Of a stretch of 64,000 nucleotides of DNA, positions 40,488 through 49,311 are shown in pieces. The position numbers were made by a program, and so were the translations under genes. Every line of letters starts with the position of its first letter. The first letter of the stretch is position 1. Source of the stretch: a virus (Duplodnaviria; Heunggongvirae; Uroviricota; Caudoviricetes); the IMG/VR virus record IMGVR_UViG_3300035544_000169; one strand, 5' to 3'. Below the pieces are notes generated by a model. It did no database searches and was not told the origin of the DNA. It worked only from the letters and a program-made list of their open reading frames with translations.

Positions 40488-40512
40488 AAAATGGACCAAT
40501 ATGTGATATAAT
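40484..40512 (+). promoter_or_regulatory. Near-consensus sigmaA/sigma70 promoter with extended -10
   Basis: TTGAAA (40484-89), 17-nt spacer, TG at 40504-05, TATAAT (40507-12); in the largest intergenic gap of the baseplate region. Confidence 0.65.
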
Positions 40513-40563
40513 AACATTAGAGGTAGAAAAAGAAATTAATTGAAAAAAGTGGAGGGGCAGCAA

Positions 40564-40965
40564 ATGAATGAGAGAATAAAAAAAGCGATAAATGATAATA
40601 TAGTTAAGCCACTTCTTGATGAAAAAATGTACACTATTAGTGGTACTGTCGTAAGAACATATTACGACGAGGAAACATCAGATGTAGAGGCCAGAAATTA
40701 CAACGCTGCAGATGTTGAGGTGGTGCTGCCTTCCACTGGTTTTAAACATATATTTCATAGAGTTCCTATCATAATAAGTGGGACTATGGGAGGTGTGAAA
40801 GGCGCAAGGATTAAAAAAGGAGATAAAGTTTCGATGTCATTTGAGGGTGGAGATGCTAAAAATCCAAGAATTAAAGGTAGGGTCTACGAAGACCCCAAAG
40901 AGATAAATGAAAGCCTAAAATCAGATGCAGGAAACTACACCCCCGAATACACATCTAGAATTTAA
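40564..40965 (+). CDS. Baseplate spike OB-fold domain (gp5/gpV N-terminal-like)
   Basis: ISGTVV..ADVEV..RVPI..IKKGDKVSMSFEGGDAKNPRIKG; ATG at 40564 has SD GGAGGGG (track start 40540). Confidence 0.65.
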   Translation: MNERIKKAINDNIVKPLLDEKMYTISGTVVRTYYDEETSDVEARNYNAADVEVVLPSTGFKHIFHRVPIIISGTMGGVKGARIKKGDKVSMSFEGGDAKNPRIKGRVYEDPKEINESLKSDAGNYTPEYTSRI

Positions 40966-40980
40966 TCCCTGCAACAAGTC

Positions 40981-41562
40981 ATGGCAGAAAAAAGAAGCTG
41001 GAGAATAAGAAAAGAAAGATTAAGAGACCCTTTCAATCCTGAAGAAGAGCTTAAAAAAAGAGCTCTTCCTAGCGATAATGATATAGTTATTAAACACCCC
41101 GACAATGAAAGCAATATCAGAATTAAAGATAATGGTATAATTCAGATGTTTGCAAACGGCAAGACTGGAGTCAGGCTTGACCCAAAATATAACTCAATCA
41201 ATATCTTTGCTGATAAAACAAATATGTTCAGCTCAAGCATTCATTTTTTAACAGATAACAACGGACTAAAGTGGAACTTTACACCCTTTAACAGGGCTTT
41301 AAGCGACCCCTTAAGAGAGATTGTGACAACAACACCTATGGGTACAGAAGCTTTAATTGACAGCCTAACATCATCAGGTGCTTATGTTGCCAAGGATGGC
41401 CCGGTAAGCCCAGGAACAGTTAAGTCTCTAAATAACTTTGAGTTTAAGGGAATAAGAGCTTACAACGGAGAGGAAAAGCTGAATATGCTTAGAACTATAA
41501 AAAACGCTATGAGCGGGATAGCTCAGGATTTAGACATGGAAAATATAAAGGATTTGGTATAG
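40981..41562 (+). CDS. Spike beta-strand-repeat-like protein
   Basis: DIVIKHPDNESNIRIKDNGIIQMFANGKTGVRLD resembles gpV/gp5 beta-helix repeats; no SD upstream; same frame as previous ORF. Confidence 0.55.
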   Translation: MAEKRSWRIRKERLRDPFNPEEELKKRALPSDNDIVIKHPDNESNIRIKDNGIIQMFANGKTGVRLDPKYNSINIFADKTNMFSSSIHFLTDNNGLKWNFTPFNRALSDPLREIVTTTPMGTEALIDSLTSSGAYVAKDGPVSPGTVKSLNNFEFKGIRAYNGEEKLNMLRTIKNAMSGIAQDLDMENIKDLV

Positions 41563-41943
41563 ATGGATTCTATCAGAGATTTCAAAGGGGCAAGTTCTGG
41601 CGATATTATAATAGATGAAGGCAAACTGCTTTTAGCAGATTTTAAACAAACGGTAAAGCAAGGTATAGAAAAAAGATTGAAGACAGATAATCCAGACTGG
41701 TACAGGCATTTTAATATAGGAAGTGACCTTGAAGATTTAAGAGGTATGGATAATACAAGACAGACTGGAGAATCCGGTCGGGCTAATATAGTAAGAGCGC
41801 TGACACATGATGGTTTTATTGAAGAAAAAGACTTGAATGTTAGGGCGGTACCTACAGGAGGAACCGAAATTACATATTATATTGCAGTAAGACTCGGTTA
41901 CAACGAACAGATAACAATGGAGTTTCCAATAGATATAGCTTAA
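41563..41943 (+). CDS. Baseplate wedge/sheath initiator (gp25/DUF2634-like)
   Basis: GDIIIDEGKLLL..QGIEKRLKT..DWYRHFNIGSDLEDLRG..IVRALT; upstream of baseplate J. Confidence 0.7.
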   Translation: MDSIRDFKGASSGDIIIDEGKLLLADFKQTVKQGIEKRLKTDNPDWYRHFNIGSDLEDLRGMDNTRQTGESGRANIVRALTHDGFIEEKDLNVRAVPTGGTEITYYIAVRLGYNEQITMEFPIDIA

Positions 41944-41955
41944 GGCGGTGATAAA

Positions 41956-42777
41956 ATGCTTTATGATGAGGCGATTTTAAAAGATTATAATACGATGGTG
42001 GAAGATGCCATAGATAGACTTAAAGATAAAACTGAGCTTACTGACTTTTCTGCAGGCTCTCTGGCACGGTCTCTAATAGAGGTTTTTTACGATGACTTAG
42101 ATGACCTTTACAGGGATTTATCTCAGGTTGCTAAAAAGTATTTCATCTCAGATACTGAGGGGATTTACTTAGATGAGCTGGCATTACTTTTTGGTATCGA
42201 AAGAGAGCAGGGAGAAGATGACGGGAATTTTAGATACAGGATTAAAAGCTGGACAGAAACAAGAGCAGCAGCAAATGAGATAGCAGTCCGCTTAGCCTGC
42301 CTATCAGTAGACTCAGTGATAGATATCAAAATAAAAAAGTATGTAAGAGGCACAGGAACTTTCGATGCTTATGTTATTACAGAAGACCCTGAAACACCAA
42401 GCGAAGTAATATCAGAGGTTCAGGAAAAGATAGATAGCGTTCAATCAGCAGGGGTTAAAGGCCTTGCACTTAGCCCAAAACTTAAGTACATAGATTTCAC
42501 TCTTCAGTATACATTCTTTTCTAATGTTAACGCTGAGGATAAAACAAGAATAGTTTACAGTGCAGAAGAGGAGATAAGAGAATATCTAGCAAATTTAGAG
42601 CTTGGTTCTGAGCTTGTACTGAATAGACTTATAGATATTTTAATGAGTGTTGACCGTAACAAAATTAAAAATGTTGAAATATTAAAAATGTTTGTAGATG
42701 GTAGAGAGACAATAATAGGCAATAAAAATACATATTGGGACGAAAGAATAGTTCCAGGAGATATAAAAATAAACTAA
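41956..42777 (+). CDS. Baseplate J-like wedge protein
   Basis: TDFSAGSLARSLIE..EGIYLDELALLFGIERE..FRYRI..RGTGTFDAYV. Confidence 0.82.
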   Translation: MLYDEAILKDYNTMVEDAIDRLKDKTELTDFSAGSLARSLIEVFYDDLDDLYRDLSQVAKKYFISDTEGIYLDELALLFGIEREQGEDDGNFRYRIKSWTETRAAANEIAVRLACLSVDSVIDIKIKKYVRGTGTFDAYVITEDPETPSEVISEVQEKIDSVQSAGVKGLALSPKLKYIDFTLQYTFFSNVNAEDKTRIVYSAEEEIREYLANLELGSELVLNRLIDILMSVDRNKIKNVEILKMFVDGRETIIGNKNTYWDERIVPGDIKIN

Positions 42778-42808
42778 AATCCCTTGATTACCTAAAGGAG
42801 GGTTCTAA

Positions 42809-45800
42809 TTGGACAGAGAAATTAAGATAGAAGACAACGAAAAATATTTCAAATCCGGTATCGGGGATTTAGAAGACCTAAAAGTTTTAGATGACTACAG
42901 CAGAAAACATGAAGAGGACTTCGAGGTAGACTTAACCTTATCAGGCAAAACATTAGAAAATGACACCTTTTACCCAAAGCTTGATGTTGACTACGAGGTA
43001 AAAGCTTCCGGTACAAGAAAAGTTGAAAGAACAACAGACCCAGCTGATTACAATTTTGATGTTTTATACGAGCCCAACTTTAAGGCTTATTATAGATTAA
43101 AATCTTTTGACCCTATTTTTGATACAGAAATTGACAATGTAGATAAAAGAACTTCAATTAAAAAATCAGAAGGCAACAAAAACGTGTTAACTCTCGACGG
43201 CACAAACTCAACCTTAAACAGGAGGGCTATGACCTTCTCTCATCAGGAGAAGATGGTTACTGTAGAAACTTCAGCCTTTTATGTCCACAGATTTACAGGC
43301 TTTAGCACCTGGCAGAAATTATACAACAGCTCTATTAATTCAGGAGAAAGCTCAATACCTTCTCTTGGTTATCCTAGATATAACTATTACCAGAGAGAAG
43401 GAAGAGCATCTGTAAACGGAGCGAATTCAAGGTTTGCTATCTTAAAAGCCAACCACAGCGAATTTAACTACAGTAATTTTAGAATTAAAGCAGAGTTAAC
43501 CTTTGAAGAATTAGGGTATGGACTTGTTGGTTTTGCTTTTAATGTTCAGGATGCTAATAACTTTTATTTTGCCGGACATAATGGAGTCGATAATAAAATT
43601 ACACTTTTTAAAGTCTCTGGAGGGGCAAAAGAGGTATTAGCAAAATCACCATACGCTAGGCGAATTAAGGATGCTGGTCGGTTTGGTCCTGATTTTAATA
43701 TCCTAACCCTTGAAGTAAGGAAAATAGAAGGTCAAATACAGGTTTTTGCAAACGGCAGAAAGGTTATTTCATATAATGATGCCAACCCGCTCACCGCTAA
43801 TGGTTTTGGTCTGGCAACATACAGGGTTACAAACGCAAGATTTGAAAACATATCTTTTGATAGGTATATAGTTTTAGAGAATACAGCCCAAGATGACTTC
43901 TTAAAATATGGAGAGGCTAGTAAAGTTTTATCTACACAGACTTTTAATGAAATCTTTAAGGCTGATATGGATAACAGGTTATCTATCTCTAATGTTAATA
44001 ATTCATGGTATATCTGGTATCAGGCAAATAAAATACTTAAGCCACAGCGAAAAGATTCTTATCTTTCTAATAATTGGTTTAAGCCAGACTCAAGTTATAA
44101 ACACAGAAAAGGATACTATATAAACAATAATATCAGTGCCGGCAACGAGTGGATTTCTGCCTGGTCAAGGGATAAGGTTGATAGACTTGAAATTTCTTTT
44201 ACTGAATATGGTGACCATTATGAAAAGGACAGAAAATACCATTCGGACCAGGACAGATGGAGATTTAAAGTAGATTACTCTATTTACTATCAAAACGAAG
44301 GTGAGTCAACCTGGAACTACTACACCAGAAAAAAAAGCACTGAAGATACCAGTAATTATTCTAGCAAAAACAGAAATATAACTATCAACTTATCCGGCAC
44401 AAAAAGAAGACGAATAAGAGTTGTCTACCATAACTTTACTGTAAGTTATTGGGGCAAAACTTATAACAGAAACAATGGCAGTTATCTAAAGATAAGAAGA
44501 TGGGTTGATAGACAGGATAGATTCTGGCAGTCTCCAAGCTATACCCAAAAAAGAATTTATGGTTTTACAGAAATTAGCAACTCAAATTATATTGATGGTA
44601 ACAACTCACTTAATTATTCTGGCAAAAACTACACAAACGTGTTGCCAACAATAAGCTTGTCTGGTTATCCGACACTTGAGGATTACACATTATGCAGAGT
44701 CGAGATACAGGACATAACACCAGTTAGTGTACTTGAAGAGTACGAAAACTATGAAAAGCCACTTAATTTCTCGTGGTCGAGTTCTGGAACTTTAAGTTCA
44801 ACAGCAATTACCGACAGCGTAATTTTAAGTACAGACTTTGAGATAGTAAAAAACCTTACTGGGACACTTGATGAAATCCAGAGAGTTGAGATTCCCAAGA
44901 TAAGAGAGGAAGACCCAAGATTTCCTGGTGCTGATTTATGGTCTGGAATAGAAGAGGTAACAATAGATGATGATGGAATAGTTTCAACTATTGGTGATTC
45001 AAAGATAGAAATTAAGCTCATAAATAAATTAGCTGACCCTAAAGATACAAATATAGAGTTTGAGCTAACAAGAACAGACACTACAAATTATCACGAAATA
45101 AACGGAGCATTAAGCAATGACAATATATTAATTTTCCCAAATGCAGCTGCTATTACAACTACAATTTTTGACGAACCATGGCCTGCTACAGAAGACGAGA
45201 TAGAAGATGCTACAATTAACTTAAAGGCATATGTTAACGGCTATTATGTTCAGGATGAAACAGGAAAATATGACTACAGTGCTTCCATAAACCAGACAGG
45301 CACAGGCAGTTCACGCCAGATAATAGTTAACTCAAACAGAGGTAATAATGTTTCAGCTAAAATTCTTTTTCCAAGAGATATAGATTTTGGCACAGTAGAA
45401 TACAATATAGACTTAAAATCAGCTGTTTATGATTTTATTACTGTTACTGCAAATGGAGACAGCATTGAGGACACAACAGTTGTTATTGGAGAAAATAAGT
45501 ATGGATACATAGTTAAAGAGACTGTCGAAGCTCAACTTGATGATATAGTAAGTTCTTTTACAAGCAGCTCGACAAACTCCAGCAACTTATTTACTGAAGA
45601 TACAATAAATATCAGTTCGGATATCCTTGAAGATGGGTATTACTTAAAAGGGTGGAGTGATACTATAACAAAGCTCGGTTCAGTTTCCCTTTCAGAACCT
45701 ATCTGGTCTTTGAAAATACCAGAAGATGATATGTCACTAGCCTCTGTTTTCTCAGTTCCGGAAGGAGATATAGGAAGTTACTCTCTGCTTGCTGAATGTC

Positions 45801-47437
45801 GAGAACAGATGTTAAACCCTGATGTGGTGATATTGAAGGAAAATGAACAGTTTAAAGCTATGGTAAAGATGACAAGTGTTATGAGTTGGAAGCCATATAT
45901 TCACAACGGATATTTCTACATAACTGATGCTAACAATGACCTGATGCCGAAAGAATACTATCTATACTCTATGGTTAAAGATGAAGAAATAATTGAGGTG
46001 GTAAACGGCTACGAGTACGAGCTTCAGGATTTCCCTAAACAGCTATCACCAGTAATAGCAAAAGATAAAGAAGGAAAAGAGCTAACAGGTGTTATGTTTT
46101 TCGATGAAAACTATAATCCTAGCCTGACAAGTAAAGAGTCTCATGATGTTAAAGTTGAGCATACTCCAGTTAAGTTAAGTGTGATAAACACATCAGAAAT
46201 CAAAGTAGATGTTGTTAAAAAAGAAGGTAATATAATCTACCTAAGCAGTTCAAAGGTGAGTCCAGGAGACGTTGTTAATGTTGAATATTATTATTCAGGT
46301 TCAAATAAAAAGACTGATACACTAACCGTTTCTTCAGAGCTTACAATAGAGCTCAGTGAGGCTTTTGTTGCAGGTATATTTACAGACTATACAAACATCA
46401 AAGAGGACACACTTGTGGTCTCAGACCATGAAGGAAACCCTATCACTGTCAAAGATGTTAACAAAAACTATATAGAAATAGACCTTACAGCTGATTATGC
46501 TGACCAAAAAGTAAATATAGAATACATGATAAACGATTCATTTTTAGTAAACACCTTTGGTGATGTTCCCACAATCAAATTCAGTAACAACTATTTAGAT
46601 GGTGTAGATATATCTTATGAGAGTTCAATTTCTACTTCATACTTTGAAGAGGTTGAGATAAACTTAAACCCACACATTAATGATTATAACGAAGGCTTTT
46701 TATTTATCTCAAACAAAAAACCTCAGATAGGAACTATGGAAATCTCAGTTTTTCCAGAGACTATTTATTCAGATGGGCTGCAGAAAGTATACTTAAAGGT
46801 TTCGCTTTTTGATAATTACGGAAATCCGTTCTTTAACCCTGATATGACAAAAGGTGTAAGCCTTGGAAGTAATGGTGGAACCATAGAGTTTATAGATTAT
46901 GAAGGTAATTTACAGTCTGAAATTCCTGGAGAAGACCTATCAATACCGGATAAATTCGGTAACGTTTATGCAGTATATACTTATGCTGGTGGAGAAGGTC
47001 TTAGTGAGGATTTAATATATGGAAATTACGGAGACCTATCAGCGTCAAATACTGTAAGAATAAACCCCAAGAGAATAAAAAATGACCTTGATAATAGTGC
47101 CTACACAAATAACGAAACAAAAGATGAATTCAGAATCAATATCACTCCTGATAAGTACGTTATTTTAAAGGGAGAACAAATCAGAGTAAATGTAAAAATG
47201 TACGACAAGAATGAAAATCCGATTACTGATACTGCGATAAATATAGAAATAAAAGACACTTATACAGGTGGCACAGAATCTAAAAGTTTAACAACTGATA
47301 AAGATGGACTATGTTCATTTGAGTTCGTTAAGACCTTAAGCCACACAGTGCTTGATACTTACATGATTAAAGCAAGTGCAGATGTTGAGGGTTCAGTTAT
47401 CGAGGATACAACAAATATTACGGTTATGAGAGCATAA
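42809..47437 (+). CDS. Large baseplate-attached receptor-binding-like protein: ConA/LamG-like domain, basic aromatic segment, C-terminal Ig (Big_1-like) domains
   Basis: NFRIKAEL..GLVGFAFNVQDANNFY..IQVFANG..GFGLATY; C-terminal VYLKVSLFDNYGNP and VNVKMYDKNENPI..TTDKDG; TTG start. Confidence 0.65.
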   Translation: MDREIKIEDNEKYFKSGIGDLEDLKVLDDYSRKHEEDFEVDLTLSGKTLENDTFYPKLDVDYEVKASGTRKVERTTDPADYNFDVLYEPNFKAYYRLKSFDPIFDTEIDNVDKRTSIKKSEGNKNVLTLDGTNSTLNRRAMTFSHQEKMVTVETSAFYVHRFTGFSTWQKLYNSSINSGESSIPSLGYPRYNYYQREGRASVNGANSRFAILKANHSEFNYSNFRIKAELTFEELGYGLVGFAFNVQDANNFYFAGHNGVDNKITLFKVSGGAKEVLAKSPYARRIKDAGRFGPDFNILTLEVRKIEGQIQVFANGRKVISYNDANPLTANGFGLATYRVTNARFENISFDRYIVLENTAQDDFLKYGEASKVLSTQTFNEIFKADMDNRLSISNVNNSWYIWYQANKILKPQRKDSYLSNNWFKPDSSYKHRKGYYINNNISAGNEWISAWSRDKVDRLEISFTEYGDHYEKDRKYHSDQDRWRFKVDYSIYYQNEGESTWNYYTRKKSTEDTSNYSSKNRNITINLSGTKRRRIRVVYHNFTVSYWGKTYNRNNGSYLKIRRWVDRQDRFWQSPSYTQKRIYGFTEISNSNYIDGNNSLNYSGKNYTNVLPTISLSGYPTLEDYTLCRVEIQDITPVSVLEEYENYEKPLNFSWSSSGTLSSTAITDSVILSTDFEIVKNLTGTLDEIQRVEIPKIREEDPRFPGADLWSGIEEVTIDDDGIVSTIGDSKIEIKLINKLADPKDTNIEFELTRTDTTNYHEINGALSNDNILIFPNAAAITTTIFDEPWPATEDEIEDATINLKAYVNGYYVQDETGKYDYSASINQTGTGSSRQIIVNSNRGNNVSAKILFPRDIDFGTVEYNIDLKSAVYDFITVTANGDSIEDTTVVIGENKYGYIVKETVEAQLDDIVSSFTSSSTNSSNLFTEDTINISSDILEDGYYLKGWSDTITKLGSVSLSEPIWSLKIPEDDMSLASVFSVPEGDIGSYSLLAECREQMLNPDVVILKENEQFKAMVKMTSVMSWKPYIHNGYFYITDANNDLMPKEYYLYSMVKDEEIIEVVNGYEYELQDFPKQLSPVIAKDKEGKELTGVMFFDENYNPSLTSKESHDVKVEHTPVKLSVINTSEIKVDVVKKEGNIIYLSSSKVSPGDVVNVEYYYSGSNKKTDTLTVSSELTIELSEAFVAGIFTDYTNIKEDTLVVSDHEGNPITVKDVNKNYIEIDLTADYADQKVNIEYMINDSFLVNTFGDVPTIKFSNNYLDGVDISYESSISTSYFEEVEINLNPHINDYNEGFLFISNKKPQIGTMEISVFPETIYSDGLQKVYLKVSLFDNYGNPFFNPDMTKGVSLGSNGGTIEFIDYEGNLQSEIPGEDLSIPDKFGNVYAVYTYAGGEGLSEDLIYGNYGDLSASNTVRINPKRIKNDLDNSAYTNNETKDEFRINITPDKYVILKGEQIRVNVKMYDKNENPITDTAINIEIKDTYTGGTESKSLTTDKDGLCSFEFVKTLSHTVLDTYMIKASADVEGSVIEDTTNITVMRA

Positions 47438-47458
47438 AAAGAAAGGAAGGAGGGTTCT

Positions 47459-49294
47459 ATGCCAGATAAATTTAACGGAAGCAGCGAAGTGTTTTTAAAA
47501 GTTGGCAGGGAAGTTCCAGAACAGGATGTAAATATTGCATTCTACAAAACACCAGAAGTTACAGTAGAAAATAATATAGAAATAATCAATCAATCTGTGA
47601 GCATGAACGATAATATAAACAATAATTCTGACATGGTATGCTATGTTGATGAAGGTTATAAGCTCTTTTACAACATATACGGAGATAGTGATGATTTTGT
47701 TGATACTTTTTATTCAAAAGACTTTTCTCTAACAGATATAACTATAGATGGTGAGGCTGTGTTTTTTAGACATAAGCTGAGATATATTCATCTTGACACA
47801 GAGTTTGAACAGGTAGAAAAGAATATAGATATTATAGATGAAGAAAGAGACTCAATAGATGAAAGGTATTTTTACAAGCTAGACATCAAGGAGCTTCCGG
47901 GCCAGACAAACAACAAAAACAGATATGAAATTACTATTTATTTAAACTTTAAACCGGATGAGCAGTTTAAAATAATATATAATCCGGAAAATAAAAAGTT
48001 AAACAACTACGAAGAAATACTTAATCCCGTAGAAATATACCAGCGAGTTTCAGCAAACGACTTCTATGAAAATAGGTTAAACACCAATGATAAAGTCTAT
48101 GCTATAGAAAACAGAAGAAATGGATTTGCAATCATGGTTCCAATTAAGGCTATTATGCAGATAGTAAACGATGATGATTCAGTAAGGACAGAAGAGTACC
48201 TATCTTCTAATAACTTCATTTATGATACCAAAAAATTCTTCCTTTCTTTCAATGACTCTACAAGTAAGATTTATGCCAGTGTAAATAAAAACCTAAGAAA
48301 AAACGACTCATGGCATATAGATATTAACAGAGATTCTTTTGTTGATAATAAAATTGACAGGCTATATATCTATGAAATTCCAGAGTTTTTATACCAAGAT
48401 ATTTATTGGATTGACGGCTATCCCTGCATGAAATATTTCGAGGAAGAAGTTAGCGTAGTAGACGAACATACCGTTGAGCTTAAAAACGCACCTTTATTTA
48501 TAAAGACAGAAACTAACGAGGAAGGCATTAAAGTTCCTTCAAATATAAGCCTAAAAGATACAGCAGGTAATGAATATACAGTAAAAAATTGGGATATAGA
48601 AAACGGCCTGCTCTATGTTGATGAAAACATAATCTACAAAAAAATAATTGCTGACTATGTAGTAAGGCAGAATAAGTTTAAATATAGAGGATATTATGAT
48701 GAAAACGGGCAGTTTATTCAACTTGATATAAACCCTCGGTCAGGACATTTTTACAGCACAAAGGACATAAAAAACGGCGGAGCTGTAACTCATAATATTC
48801 CCTCATATAAACTTACAAGCAAAATGATTAGCATTTATTTAAAACCTGAGTATGTAATCGACGGAAATGAGATAATAACAAGGAATGGTGAAACATTATT
48901 CCACACTATAAATAACGATATTCACGTAAGCGAGAACCATCCGATGATAAATTCTGATATAGAAAATAATTACTACAATTATGAAGATGTAAAACTAATT
49001 TCTAGGATTTTTATAGTACCGATAACTAATCCAGAAAAGCTTGAAGTAACAGATACCAGAACTCGTGGTGGAGGGATTAAAGAAAAGCTAATTAAAGAAG
49101 TTAAAAAGATTGATAGAAACGCAGAATTCTACTGGGATATAGGAAAGTGGAACGGAAAGTCATACCCTTCAAACGGGGTTGTTGTTATAGAGCTTCCAGA
49201 AGAAGTTCTTGAAAGGTTTACACACAATGAAATAGTGGCAAGAGTAGAAAAACAGGTAGCTCTAGGAGTTCTTCCTGTAATAGAATACGTTTAA
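47459..49294 (+). CDS. Baseplate structural protein
   Basis: C-terminal DTRTRGGGI..YWDIG..YPSNGVVVIELP..VEKQVALGVLPVIEY wedge-like motif; strong SD. Confidence 0.55.
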   Translation: MPDKFNGSSEVFLKVGREVPEQDVNIAFYKTPEVTVENNIEIINQSVSMNDNINNNSDMVCYVDEGYKLFYNIYGDSDDFVDTFYSKDFSLTDITIDGEAVFFRHKLRYIHLDTEFEQVEKNIDIIDEERDSIDERYFYKLDIKELPGQTNNKNRYEITIYLNFKPDEQFKIIYNPENKKLNNYEEILNPVEIYQRVSANDFYENRLNTNDKVYAIENRRNGFAIMVPIKAIMQIVNDDDSVRTEEYLSSNNFIYDTKKFFLSFNDSTSKIYASVNKNLRKNDSWHIDINRDSFVDNKIDRLYIYEIPEFLYQDIYWIDGYPCMKYFEEEVSVVDEHTVELKNAPLFIKTETNEEGIKVPSNISLKDTAGNEYTVKNWDIENGLLYVDENIIYKKIIADYVVRQNKFKYRGYYDENGQFIQLDINPRSGHFYSTKDIKNGGAVTHNIPSYKLTSKMISIYLKPEYVIDGNEIITRNGETLFHTINNDIHVSENHPMINSDIENNYYNYEDVKLISRIFIVPITNPEKLEVTDTRTRGGGIKEKLIKEVKKIDRNAEFYWDIGKWNGKSYPSNGVVVIELPEEVLERFTHNEIVARVEKQVALGVLPVIEYV

Positions 49295-49311
49295 AGAATG
49301 GTGGTGAAGCA

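Noticed and set aside
43908-44123. Alternate-frame + strand ORFs (43908-44123, 50177-50368)
   Set aside because: Short, nested in long ORFs, no convincing SD or motif
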